Of a stretch of 64,000 nucleotides of DNA, positions 34,176 to 49,008 are shown piece by piece; positions within the stretch are counted from its first letter, which is position 1; each line of letters opens with the position of its first letter. A program made the translations under genes and the position numbers. Source of the DNA: Chrysomallon squamiferum (lineage: Eukaryota; Animalia; Mollusca); assembly GCA_012295275.1 (NCBI GenBank), contig CM022669.1, forward strand, positions 13,516,001 through 13,580,000, given 5' to 3'. The notes under the pieces are model-generated. The model saw only the letters and a program-made list of their open reading frames with translations, made no database searches and was not told the origin of the DNA.

Positions 34176-36711
34176 AGAAACCAAAAAAAAAACCAAAACA
34201 AAAGGAACCAAAAAACACTAAAGATATTCTAACAACAGCAAACAAACAAGAACATAACTTTTCATTCCACTTGCTTTTAACACTGAAAGTAAACAGCTAA
34301 GCAATCAAATTTTGTTTTGTCTTCTTTTCATTAGTTTTAGAGATTTATAGCTAAAAGCTGGTTAAGCAATATATTTATTTGATGCAGCATTCTCATGCTT
34401 CGGTTGATGCATTAAACAAGCTGTATTTGTTAGAATCTAGCTGATCTGAACATAACATTTTGCTATCTATCTGCATTAAAAGAAGAAAATGGAAAATGTA
34501 GTTGACACATTTCAAGGTATTATTTTCCTAGAATAATTAAAGTATGTGTAATGAGGCAATATTGATTTAAACATCAAACTGAACAATTAAACCAAAAAAA
34601 AAAAAAAAAAAAAAAAAAAGTAGGAAAAAAATTAAAACAATATGAAAATTAAGATTTTCTATATAACTATCTAAGTGCCTGTTACTAATATATATGTTGT
34701 CTTATTTGAATTAAATTATCAGTCTTGAATATTGTGGTATCTTGAGTAGTGTTGTCTTGTATTTACAATATATAAAAACAAACAAAAATCTTTATTTAAA
34801 TAAGAAGAGCTGGATACTATTGCTTATTGGTTAGAGTGCTAGCCAGGAATGTAACAACACCTTTCAACAAAGATAACTAACTACGCTCTGCTGTCTTGAA
34901 ATGGCCAACAGAAGAATTTCTCTTGTTTAGTTATGATGAGCACAGCTTATGAGATGACATGGTGATTTTCACTTCATAACTATAATTTGCTCCTTGGTAT
35001 GCATTTTTTTTTATTTTTATATATGTATTTTATATTTGCTTCACTTTGTTGCAAGACGTGTTTTAGCTCTTAATGGGTGACATAAACTTTGTTGTTCCTG
35101 TTGTGGTTATTTTAGAACGAATGTGCATTGTACATGTATTAAAAAGAATGCAGCTTCACACAGAGAGAGAGCGTAAAGAATCACAATGTCCAGATGGACC
35201 CCCACTTATATCAAAGAACAAAACAAAACAAAAACAAAAATTATTTTTTTTTTTTTTCGATATCGGATAAATTAATAAAAAACAAAACTTTTCAGAGTTA
35301 AAGTGGGTAAGATATTGTTTGATTCACAAACTACCGTTCGTGTTTCTTCTTAATTACACCTGAGGTTAGTTTACCTGACGTTGTAGGTCTTCAGAAAGAC
35401 AACTTTTCAAAGAATTTATGTTTTGTCGCATTGAATTATGACGTCAAGGTAAATATGTACGTGCTGGCAACAAACAGTGAGTAGAACGTACCTAGGATCA
35501 GCTCAAAGAGAGTTTGTCTTGCAGTACGACGATGTTTTAACTGATATATCCACAGTTCGCTAAATAAGAAGGTGACATAAAAAAACCCATAAATTTAATT
35601 ATATTATAAAGATTATGACAGAGGGTAGAACACCAACATGTTTTTGACACAGGTATATTTATGAATGTCACCATAAAGCGAATGCAATAGAGTTGCGATA
35701 CGACATGCTTCACTCCAGCATGCCCTTAGGACAAAATACAAATTTATTTGTTGTTTAGAAAATGTTCAGATGTTGATGTTATCCACATTTATGACACATG
35801 ATGAATCATTAACCAGTTCGTGCGTGTGTGTGGTTTGTATGTCTAGGTGTATATATATACACAAGCATACAAGAAACTATAATGCAGATGCGCACGCAAA
35901 CACACCCTAAATTGTTTTATTTATTGATTTATCTGTTTTTAAATAGTTTTTACTTGTCTGTAACATCTGTGTTGAATTGAATAATATCCCTTACTGACAC
36001 GTTTGATCACACATTCTGTCTTCCACTTCTCGTATTCACAATTAACGTAATGTGCGCATGCTAGTGAAATGTTGGTAAGGGAAGAAACTCTTAACGGAAG
36101 AACAATCAGTTATTCTTTCAAAAGTTGTTTCCCTTCCACAAATTTATATAAAATGGCCTCTTTCAAATGTAAATCTTTTTATATAATTCAGCATAATTAA
36201 TACCTATCTTTTCATCATTTCTTCCCATGAAAAGGAATAAAGAATAATGGGTTTGTAGTCTGAGATAATATGCTCAAAGTTTAGAACTAAAATTCCATTC
36301 TGTTCTTACAGAACTGCTAGCTTCCACGTTCATATTAATATTTATGAACTTATTTTAATAAAGAATTAAATAATTAGAATTTAACCCCCCCACCCAAATA
36401 AGCAGTGGACCAGAAAGCAATTTCATATTGTTGGGTGCAGCTAAAATGTTTGCTGAATATTCATTCATAAATCATTCAACAGACACAGTCAAAGTTTAAA
36501 GTGTGACAATGCAACAGGTGCAAATACAGGTATAACGCCAAGGCGAGAAACCGGATTTGTCCCCAGCAGAAACTGCACGTCATAGCTAAACAAATCAAAG
36601 ACCATTTTTTCTTTAGTAATCCTTCATACTGCAAGCTTTTGTTGAAATCTACGACATTTTCTCCAAACTCTTTGTATAAACGACTTCCGTATACCAGTTC
36701 TCGAAACTGAA

Positions 36712-37205
36712 ATGAAGCTCCAGTACATCTGCAAAGTATTACTAATGTTAAAACTTATCACCGCCTGTTTTTGTGAGACCGACCCCCAGGGACATGTGGA
36801 ACCCGTATGTAACTATCCTCCATTTCAAAACGTCGCGACAATGGATGATTTTCCGACCCCGGAGTATTTCTTCCGATGGTTAACGGAACCAGGCCAGCCT
36901 GTAATATTCAAATCTGTGCTGGAGACGTTTGAATTCCCGGCTTACAAGAAATGGACTGATGATTATCTTAGGTTAGTATTTTGTTTTACTGATTAATTAA
37001 TTATATAGTACTAATGACAAAGTTTGAAATTGTTTAATCAGAGTATATTAACTGTATATATAATGAACTATATATATATAATTAACTGTATACGTAATTA
37101 ACTATATATATAATTAACTATATATATATAATTAACTGTATATATAATTTGTATCAATTAAATAATAGGAATATTTTACAACGAACAAACAAACAAACAA
37201 ATAAA

Positions 37206-37236
<31 letters not shown>

Positions 37237-37454
37237 AAACAGTAACGAAATAAAACAAAATAAACAATAATAATAATACTAATAAAAAGAAGAAGAAGAA
37301 AAAGAAAAAGAAGAAGAATAAGTAGAAATAGAAGAAGAATAAGAATAAAAAAGTAAGTAAGTAAATAATTAAATTAATAAATGATGGTATTTTAATCCCT
37401 TTAAACAGAAGAAATAGCTTCAATGAAATCTACAGAATTGTAATGTATATCATG

Positions 37455-37511
<57 letters not shown>

Positions 37512-37906
37512 TTGTATATTCTTTACATTTATTTCGTTATCTACATATACAGTTATTAACCAGATAGGTGTCATACCATACAACCAGTAATTAATTGTGT
37601 TGTTTTCACCGCTTAACAAAATGTGTCACTGTTATTAACAGAGAGAAATTCGGAGAGACAGTTGTACAGACGGACAATTCCAGGAGAGATATTGAATATT
37701 TTGATAGTCTAAAGATGAAACCTTTAAAACAGTTTCTGAATGACTACAAGCAACGTGATCAGTACCTAGTCCACGTGCTACAGGAAGACATGAAAGGTGA
37801 CTCATGTTTAATATTAAGTAAACATGCTAGACTCTATGTTATTATTTGTGGTGTAGCATATAAAATTTAGTATTATTACCTAATAAATTAGTTTATAATA
37901 ATTTTA

Positions 37907-37946
<40 letters not shown>

Positions 37947-38435
37947 ACAGGAAATATGCATTATCAAGAAATATGTATAATTTCTGAGCATTTCAGGAAA
38001 ATACGTGTAAATTCTGATTCACTCAGGGAACTGGCGATGCAGTGACTGCAAGTAGATCTTTTTCTAACTGCAGTCGATGGAGAATTTCACGAGTGAGATT
38101 AGATCATAAGAGGCCAGTGCAAGCTCCAGAACCCTGAAGTGCTTCAAGTCATAAACACTAAATATCACTGAGTTCTGAAACTGAACAAAATTGAATCAAA
38201 AAGTCCATTCAGTTATATTGTTATGTCCTAAGCAACAAAAAAGCATCTGTTTAATATCGCAGTTGGCACTTTCTACAGATCCTTGGCTCTGTGAATGTCT
38301 AGATTTCCCTTGGACAATCACAAATGCGGCCATATTACTTTCTGTTCCGTGATTACACATTTTTTCTGAAATTTTCAGGAATTATACATATTTCCTGATA
38401 ATATATGTATGTGGTTACTTTTTTCTTAACTCTTC

Positions 38436-38470
<35 letters not shown>

Positions 38471-38631
38471 TGTTTTTGTGTGTGTGTGTGTGTGAGTGTG
38501 TGTGTGTGTGTGTGATATGGTGTTGGTTGATGTATCCATAGTATTTATTGCCAAGTAGGTGATATTAAAGAAAAGCTACGAAAACCAGTTTCAGTAAGCT
38601 TTTATTTTTGTTTAACAACAACAACAACAAC

Positions 38632-38669
<38 letters not shown>

Positions 38670-39231
38670 CAACAACAACAACAGTAGTAGTAGTATAGTA
38701 GTAGTAGTAATAATAACTACTTCTACAACTACAACTACTACAACAGTAAATCATTATCATCATAAAAAGAAGTCAAATCGATTAATTGCAAAATATTTTA
38801 AACATTAATCTCATTCAGAATGTTTTTTTTGAAAAGTAGCTGGGTGTATTTGTAGAGGACGTACGCGTACCTCGGTCTCTGCACTGCGGAGGGTTTCAGG
38901 ATTTGTTTGACCAGTTCGTCATGTGGTTCAGCAGCGGCGGCACGAAGTCGTACTTACACAACGACGAATACGACAACATCAACTGCATCCTGGACGGCGT
39001 GAAGCAGTTCAAACTCATAGACAAGGTGTATTTTTATTATACAATATTGATTTATAGTCTGACTGATCTTGTACCAGCGTTTTGAATATACATGTATATC
39101 ACTAATAAGTTAACATTCGTTATGTCTATATCTATCTACCAGTCTGTCTCTCTGTCTGTCTGTCTTGATTATTTTTTTTTATTTTGTTTTAACATTTCGT
39201 TTCCAAACATAGTTGTCATCTATAATTATTA

Positions 39232-39319
<88 letters not shown>

Positions 39320-40985
39320 CTGTGTGGTGAAAATGGCAACTGAATGAAAATGAGTTAAATTCGTATCCTCGTTTCTTTTTTTTTCAGAAATACTCCGACC
39401 AGATTAAAGCACGCAACTATAATCATGATTTAGGGTACAGCCCACTTGATATCGACAAAGTCGATATGAATCAGTATCCCAATCTTCGCGATCTTCCGTG
39501 GATCGAAGCTCGCGTGGAGAAAGGAGACTGCATGTTTCTTCCAAAAGAGTATATTATTTATTTATTTATTTAATTTACTTGCTTATTTATTTATTTATTG
39601 TTACTGCTGGTGTTGTTGCTGCTTCTATTTTTATTGTTTATATCCTTTCATGCCAGTGACGTTTCTGCACTTGTTTTGTTTTAGCTGCTATCGATTCGTT
39701 GTTGATGAAGATGCTATAGCTGTTGTTTTGTATTATTTCTGTTACTGTAATAATTATGCTTGCAGTTGGTTTCATCTTGTGTATTCTCAAGGGGAGAGAA
39801 ATCTTGCAATAAACCTCTGGTTTGTTCCACTGCCGTGGTTTAATGCAACAGACTGCGATCACAGAGTGACACACAGTGAGGCCACGAAATACAAAGTGGC
39901 GGATAAAATAGAATTAATAAAGTAAGTCTACACACACGTACTAAAAAAAAAAAATAATAATAATAAAAAAAAAAAAAAAATTAAAAAATAAAAGTAAATA
40001 AAAATAAAAATAAAAATCAATTAAAAAAAAAAAAAAAAACAATTATCGAGCTACACAGGCCGTTTCCATCTACATAATGGACGTTTAAATGAGGCAATAT
40101 GTTCGAACTGAAAATATTTTATTACTAACAGTTATTAAATGTCAACCTTATTCTTTTAAAATTAACTTGTTTTGTTGTAATGTTAATCTTATTGAACTGT
40201 CCAATTTTTTTTTTTTTTTTTTTTTGCTCGTGTCGATGAATCTTATTAATTAATAATGAAGTTTAACAAGATGAGTCCATTTTTACCTGTAATCGTGACG
40301 TCATCAAGCACATGACAGACAATTAGTATCAAAGTTTGTTCATGGACTGTCGTCATATATTCTTTCCTTTCTTTTTTCTCAAACCGTCATGTCTTAGTGC
40401 AGTCTTTAAAATGGCGTAGTTAAAATGTTTTGTTTTTATTAATGACTGATGTTCATTGAAAATAGCTAAATATTAATTACGTGGAAACATAATTTTATTA
40501 TTATTATTATTATTATTATTTGACCATTTATTATTATAATTTAAGGTGTCCTTTAATGTACATTATGATTACATGACATCTTAAAAACTCCTGCCCCATT
40601 AATATCCAATAACAGGCAACAGTCTTTTAGCAGAGAATAACAACATACCACGAAGAAACGATCGTAGCGGATACCTTCTGTAACATTCTTAACAATGTAA
40701 CATGAACAACGGTGTACAAACATCCTCTAACTTGTTCAAGTTGTTTTTTCTCTCTCACAGACGTCTGCTAATACACACGTACAGAGACATGAAAGAAATA
40801 CGCAAAGAGAACATTGATCTCATTTTACTGGAAGCTGCCAGGAAGGAAAGAAACAGAAATCGGGTAATCTTTATTTTATTATTATAATACTTTTTTTTTT
40901 TTTTTTTTTTTTTTCTCTGTATAGATTTACACGGTGAAAGTAGATTACATGTTAGATCACTCGCAACTACTTCCGGTGTTACGTG

Positions 40986-41031
<46 letters not shown>

Positions 41032-41847
41032 TTTTTTTTTTTTTTTAAATCCGATTTCAAGCTGATTATTTATTTATTTCAGTATGATATTATGTTGATT
41101 CTCCTTCCTCCTATTCTCATTCTGAAAAGCAGTCAAAACTACATTATAGGTCCTTAAAATCATATTACAGAAAATTCGATACATTTTTTTTTTTTTTAAT
41201 ATTTAAATTCCATTTCATTGATTTGATACAAGTTTGTTAACAACCGTTTTGGCGAGAAAAAAAAACAACAACAAAAAAAAAAAACATTTCCTTTCAATTT
41301 TTAGATTATTATTTTTTTTAATTGTATTATTAGTTTCATTTTATTTTAATACGTGCACGATTGATGTAGTGTGTTATTTTTCACTACAGCTATAACTCTA
41401 AATCGGGATATAATTATTCTTAAACGATAAGATATGGATATTTTATTAAACAACTGCTAACTTTTCAGTGTCGTTACAGCAAACACATTGGGAATCTGAT
41501 AACATTATAAAATAATAATAATAATAAAACGCTTATAATAAAAATGTTAATAAGTAATCTAGAAGAACATTAAGCAGACAGCCATATTGTTAATGTATTC
41601 CTGAATTACGTAACTAAGTCACATTCTGTGTGAACAGGTAATGGAGTACCTCGACGTAAACAAAGATGGCGTCATCTCCTGGCCGGAACTTCTGCCGTTA
41701 AATATGAAGGATTTCCTCAAGAAGTTTATTGACATTTTAATGCTGCCACCTCACCTGGACGACCTGAAAATAAATCTCAGAAAGATCAAGAAAAAGAAAT
41801 CGGATTCCGCCATGCAGTCAGAAAATCAAGTGAAAGGAGAATTGTAA
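36712..41847 (+). CDS. Signal-peptide JmjC/cupin-8 2OG-Fe(II) oxygenase with C-terminal EF-hand and KGEL tail (paralog B), ~404 aa
   Basis: Exons 36712-36971, 37642-37796, 38856-39025, 39388-39548, 39766-39921, 40761-40863, 41638-41847; total 1215 nt, in frame. Signal-like MKLQYICKVLLMLKLITACFC; WFSSGGTKSYLHND..NINCILDGVK; GDCMFLPKDWFHLVYS..NLAINLW; canonical EF loop DVNKDGVISWPE; ends KGEL*. Confidence 0.88.
37960..38402. mobile_element. MITE-like non-autonomous element with ~50 bp imperfect terminal inverted repeats, in intron 2 of JmjC-B
   Basis: Left end attatcaagaaatatgtataatttctgagcatttcaggaaaatacgtgtaa. Reverse complement of the right end: attatcaggaaatatgtataattcctgaaaatttcagaaaaaatgtgtaa. 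Confidence 0.65.
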
Positions 41848-41938
41848 ATTCGTTGATTTTTTCGGAAAACTTCGTCGTCTATTCTCGGATGAGTTCGTAA
41901 AATGTTGAAGTATTTCGAAACATAATTGGACGTTTTAT

Positions 41939-41980
<42 letters not shown>

Positions 41981-43848
41981 GTCACAGCAGAAGCGATAGC
42001 TTTTATTTATTTGCTGTTTCTGTGAGTTTTGAAAATTTAATTGAAAACTTACCTGTTTTTAATAAATCACCAACATCATACATTATTCTTTCCTTCCAGT
42101 TATAAAATGTAAAATGTAAAGTAATAGACGAGACACATTTTGATATCATTGCAAAATAAATTTATCTGCTTTTTTTCGGAAAATGTATATTAAAGTGTTT
42201 TATGAAAATAAATAGACGTTTGTGTTTGATCACATTTTACAAAACCTCTTTTTTCTTCTTTTGTTCACTCTTTCCTTCATTATTTATTTATTCATTCATC
42301 AATTCATTCACTGGCTCAATCATTATTTATTTTATTCAATTATTATTTAATTATTTATTATATTCTATTACTGTTGTTGTTATTAGTATTACTAATACCA
42401 CTACTACTATTACTACTACTACTACTACTACTACTACAACTGCAATTATTATTACTACTACTACTACTACTGTAGTTGGTGTTGTTAAACAAAAATAAAA
42501 GAATATTGAAATTAACTTTCGTAGCTTTTCTTTAAAATCATTTACTTTATTATTGTTGTTGCTGCTGTTGTTAATCGTGTCATTCTTGCTATTCATATTC
42601 ATATTCATATTCACATTATTATTATTGATACTACTACTACAGCTATTATTATCATCATCATCATCATCATCATCATCATCGTCATCGTCATTATTAATAT
42701 AAATGAAGCAATAAGTAATATCACCCACAGAGCAATATCACCCTCCCAGTAAGCAATAGAAAAACGAGGTACTCAATGACTCGGCAATTGTCACCACTGT
42801 GTCTAATAATGTGTTTTCTATTACCACCATTACTGACATACGGCACCAAAACAACACCAAACTATCAAATAACACAGCGTCGATAATGAAGCTTAAATGT
42901 CAGCAATAACTAGGTCTGATTTGATTTCTGGGAAAACTTTCGTCAAATGTCCAATTCCCTTTCATATGATCCGAGTTCAAACAGAGTAATTTTGCTGATG
43001 TTAGAGACGTCAAGCTTCCAATTTGTGATTAATCTTGTTTTATTGTTTAAGCTTACTTTTTTCTTTTAGAAAAAAAAAGGAGTATATATATTCTAGTTTG
43101 TTAGTATTTGGAGTATTTCTGTCTTTGCTCTATATATATAAAAGCTACACTGTCACACTCTGTCAAAAATAATAGTTGTACACTCCCCGAAAAAATACAC
43201 TACTGCTACTACCACTACTACTACTACCACTACTACTACCACTACTACTACTACTTCTACTGCTACTAGTACTACTTCTACTTCTACTACAACAACTACT
43301 ACTACTACCATCACCTCTAATAATATATATATATAAATAAATAAATAAATAAATTGACAAAGAATAATTTGACAATATTTAATAATATTACAAGACATCA
43401 GTGTCCTATGCAAACGCTCCCATGCAACGCTGGTGTCATTACTGTCAGTTATATTCCAGAAGGATGTTTTTACGAAAAAACAGATAACAGCTGCTTCATA
43501 ATTCATTACTGTCTGTTACAAAATTCGAATTTAAATCTTTCACGCGAGTTGGTTTGAAATGATGCATTGTTTTTCTTGAGTCTGTGACTCGTTAATTATC
43601 GCTGATGTCACCGCACGAACATCCAGACTCCCTGCTGAACACACAGACTTAAAAAGACAGACATTCCATGAATGTGCTAATTACATCCACGACAAAAGCA
43701 AAATAGGAAATAAAATAAGAATATCTTACAAACTTGTTTCTCATTTGTTCATGAGAATATATTTACGTACACAAATACGTACTTATGTACGTACAAACAC
43801 ATACAGGCACGTGTTTATAAAAAAACCATACATCCACACACACACGCT

Positions 43849-43880
<32 letters not shown>

Positions 43881-44645
43881 ACACACACAGAGAGATATAC
43901 ATACGTACATACACTCAAAATCACTCACAGACACGCATACATACATACATAAATAGAGACATTCGACCATCCACACATACATACACAAATATATATATTT
44001 ATACGTGCACGTATAAACTTTTATTACAATGTACTGCACACACACCACCACAAACACATAAACATAACGTAGCTTGAGAAAGACACGACGAAGTTAAATA
44101 AAACTCAGAAAACCCAGCTCTTCATTAGCAAACAGCACCTGTGGACAAACTTTGTTCTGGCCTACAAAAATCTGTTATTTGAATCACGTTTAAAGCAAGT
44201 TATTTACGTTAAAAACTCATGCATTTAGCAGTGTAGAAAATAATCAGAAATCTAATCAGGCGACTGAACCGTTCCACGGAAGGTCTTTTCGCTTTGCGAC
44301 GAAACATTATTCGAGATCCAAAAGAATCTCCAGTGGCCTAGTCTCATCAGGCATGTTGTTGTACGTTACTGCTGATAAAACCCAAAGCAAGCAGATGATT
44401 TGCGAACATTATTTTTCACCGTTCTGGATTTCGCTGATGTTCAGGTCAAATTAGGTAAAATAAGGAATGTTAAAGACATCACAGTACGTTTGGATGGCAG
44501 TGTTTAGATGTCAGCAATACGTTTCACGTGTAATTTATAGAAATGAAACTCGCCTCCTCCACTGCATGAAAATGATGTGTAATGTTAAGTTAGCAGTTGG
44601 GTATCGTTTTGTAACATACGTCTTCAAAAATACTTAAATAGACAG

Positions 44646-44687
<42 letters not shown>

Positions 44688-44765
44688 CATACATTCATAC
44701 ATACGGATATAAGAACGTACATATACATACATACATACATGCAAACATACATACACATATATAAC

Positions 44766-44958
<193 letters not shown>

Positions 44959-45235
44959 CTATTATCTTTGAGATTTTTGTGTTTTTCTTCACATCGTGGC
45001 ATTGTGATTGTGCGTGTGTGCGTGTGTGTGTACACATACGTTTTTCGAATGTTTTGCTGTGTTCGCACTCGAATTTGATATCTGCGCACCTTAGCTGAGA
45101 CGCCATAGTTAAGAGTACGTAAAACCCTGCAGGATATTTAAAAATAAAATAAAGTTGAGAAGATTGATAAATCGAGCTATTTAAAGAAGATTACTTTCTG
45201 TAATAGACCCTGGCGTTTTTATTTATTTATAAAGC

Positions 45236-45341
<106 letters not shown>

Positions 45342-46568
45342 TAATTTGAAAGGAATCTTTTTTGTGTAAAACATTACTGCACCTGCTTCTACTGTTCAGA
45401 TGATTCTGACATTTAAATTTTAAGGAGATAAAATTCAATATAATAATCTGAATTTTTTAAAAGAAGAACTGACAAATGAATGAATAAAAAATAATTATGA
45501 AAAAGACAAAAAGAATTTTATAACGTAATATTTTTTCCGTAAAAATCAAACATAAAATAAAGGATACAACAAAAATCAAATATCAACAAGTAAGCCCAAC
45601 AAAAAAGAAAAGAAAAGAAAAGAAAATATCAACACAACCCCCCTGAAAAAAACCCTACAAAAACCCCCCAACAAAGTAGAATTGAAGAAAGTTGAAAGAT
45701 ATAAAAGTAATTTATAATGAAATACTCAAAGCTTTCAAAAACAAGGATAAAAAAATGTGAAAATAATTATTTGGGGTTTATTTTATTTACGTTTTTTCTA
45801 ATCAGTTTAAAATTTTTGTATAAATATTTTAGTTAAAATTTTAATTTCAAACGGAAGATTGTCAAAATTGTCTTGAAACTGTTTTTTAAAAAGTAACAAA
45901 TAAAACCCGATAAGACAACATGGACAGTAATAAAAAAACAACAACAAAAAAAACAAACAAACAAAGAAACAAAACAAACAACAACACAAAAACAATAACA
46001 ACAACAAACGAATAATAAAAAAATAAAAAAATAAAAAATAGCAACACAAATTTCCTTTAGCAGTTATGAAAGCAACCTTAAACTTTTAATTTTTACAATT
46101 TCTGTCTTTGTTATGATTAAAATGGTTTTATATATATATTTATATTATGATAAATCTGAAATAGAAGTACCCTTTCTAATCATGTGGGTTGCGTATCGAG
46201 AGCAAATATATGCAACTACCGCTGTCCTGCACTAATGAGATATATTTAAAGATGCCAAAGTGCTGCCAGTAAAGAACAGTTTGAGTTCTACCCCGCGTCT
46301 GTGTCTATTTTTTATTCTTCAGTTCAATAACGATCCTCTTTTGACAAGAGAAAGATAAAATTAAGTTAGAAAAAGGTTATAAGGTATAAACCAAATTTAC
46401 ACGCGAACTTTAAAGTCTGCATGTACCTACAGCTCAAGACGTTAACACTGTTTGTATAGTTATAATAATTATGCCAGAAGCGTTGTGATATTTGAAGCGT
46501 GGGAGACAGTAGTAACTTAAACCAGTTTAAATTATGAAGCAGATATTTGTGTTTATGTGTGTTAAGTA

Positions 46569-46604
<36 letters not shown>

Positions 46605-46634
46605 TGTGTGTGTGTGTGTGTGTGTGTATAAAAT

Positions 46635-46945
46635 ATATTTATAAAATAAAACGTAGATTATTTCACTAAATTATTATATATATTTCATGCCTCTTACATC
46701 CAGATTCATTCACGGATTACTACACAGAAAGAAATTACAATTATTTAAGGATATCTAGTAGGCCTACAGTTTAAAACAGCTTACCTGGTTTTTGATTGTG
46801 CTGTTTTAGTTTTAAACTTTGCTGATCTACTAGTGCTGGCGAAAGATTGTATTAAAACACATATGACGTACTTTTGTAAACAGAACCGTCTTAATGCTAA
46901 TGGAAAGGAATTGTATTGTTAAAAACCATTATTTGGTCTGTATGC
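46635..46945. repeat. Dispersed repeat copy, inverted relative to 58110-58435
   Basis: The reverse complement shares collinear blocks with 58110-58435, e.g. gccagcac.gtagatcagcaa.gtttaaaact, gtaagctgttttaaact, taatttctttctg and tttagtgaaa. Confidence 0.6.
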
Positions 46946-47278
46946 GTGCGCGCATGTGTGTAGGTGTACGCATGGGTGTATATGTATGTACGTATATATA
47001 TATCATATATGTGAGGGTGTGTGTACATAACAACGCATATGTCTGCGTATTATTTTATTTCATTACGACCTTGCTCTGTATATCAGCAATACAAATATAT
47101 GATGTTAGTATACTTTTCAAATAAGAAAACTGTCAATATTTAGCATAAAACATAAGATATCTAGTATTTGTAGTAGTAGTAGTAGAAGTAGTAATAATAA
47201 TCTGTGATGGTGGTTATTATTATTATCATGATGACAATGTTGATAATTATATAATAATAATAAAGACGAAGATGATAA

Positions 47279-47314
<36 letters not shown>

Positions 47315-48956
47315 CATTCAAACGAACGAACAAAAACAAACGAACAAACAAATAAACAGATACACAGAATCAATTAATACAGTAAAAATAAAACAAATAA
47401 TTTCAACTTTCTTCAAGAGGACTGCCACATTTCGCGAAGCTCTCTTTCCCGAATTGATTTTGCTAAATTATCAAAATATAACTCATGCGTTAATGCCAGA
47501 AGCATTTTAATACAATGTGACTAGCATGTCTGTCACCAGCGTTTAATGTCACCACGATAGCAAACGAAGAGAAAAGAAAAAAACTGTTTTCATTTTGGTA
47601 TCCGATAATAAGACAGGAATTTCACAAGATCTCTCCAATTAAAGAACGGTAATAGGAAGACGAATTTCTTTAATCTTGCGCTATCGCCAGCTCGCTGAAA
47701 GGTAAAATACAATTAAAACTGCTAACGCTGCTAGCTGCCAGCGAAATATTAAATCGAATTTGAAATTTGTAATTAGAAAAAATATATCAGAAGAAAAAAA
47801 AGTGAGAGAGAGACAGAAAGAGAGAAAGAGAAAAAACCACAAAAAAACCACACACCAAAATAACAACAACAAAAAAACAACCGCATTATCCGCATGGTAA
47901 TAAAAGAACATGAAAGTTATTGCTCAGATCTGAATTGCATGTTGTAGGAAATATCACTTATTAGACAAAATAATATCTTGCAGCTAGAATGTCACCGTTT
48001 GATTTGTTCTTGAGACACATCTCCATAACCAAACATTTCCCTTTGAATGTTAATGCGAGCAAACTGTTTTAAGGAAAACTGCCTACGACACACGCTCCGA
48101 ATATGTCTCTCGAGACGAGCATCGGGGCTATGCGCATAATCAGTGAAAATAATTAAGATAACGTATGCTTTAATCTGAAACGAGACGACGGTTCAAATGC
48201 ATGATGATCATGATACTGTTTTCCTCTTTAACAAAAGGAAAGCCAAAATATCTTAGCCTGAAGGCTTTATTATTTTTTTTTTGCTATTGGATAAGCGATA
48301 CAATTTGCTCTGATGCCGTTATGAAAAACAATATTGTTGGAGTTATTAACGTAACTAGAAAACAACATTGCTGCTCTGGGTCAGTGAAGTGCTTAGGTTG
48401 TTTGTATTGTCCTCATTCTGTCATTAAAACGATTCTGTAATAATAATAATAATAATAACAACATACAGCTGATATATATTATTAAGGTAACAAACAACGC
48501 TATTAATATAATCAGGAGAGAGAAAAACAGTGGTTCTGAGCAAATAGTTTATATAATAATGGTGGATTATTATTGAAGCTTATAATAGATCAAAAAAACA
48601 TTCGTTCGATTTTCAGATATATATTATATAAGGAGTACATAGCTAATTTATCGTTACTATTCACATTTATTAATAAAACTGTGACATTTACCTTGATTTA
48701 ATATCCAGTTGCAATACCACTTCAAAAACAGTTATTTATATTTGATATGTCAAACTTACATCATCTTCGTTAAAATATTTCGGAAACTAACATATTATTA
48801 TATTATTTCTTTCTTTCTTTCATTCTTTCTTTTTCTTTCTCTTCTCTTGGATATGGGTTTTTCACTAAAAATTGTTTTTGTGTTTCTTTTCATCATCGAA
48901 TCATTATTATATTATAGGGTTTGAATTCTTCTTCTTCTTCCTATTATTATTATTGA

Positions 48957-49008
<52 letters not shown>

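Noticed and set aside
34381-34412. Small hairpin in the tubulin 3'UTR
   Set aside because: Too short and imperfect for a pre-miRNA or SECIS element, and the gene has no in-frame UGA.
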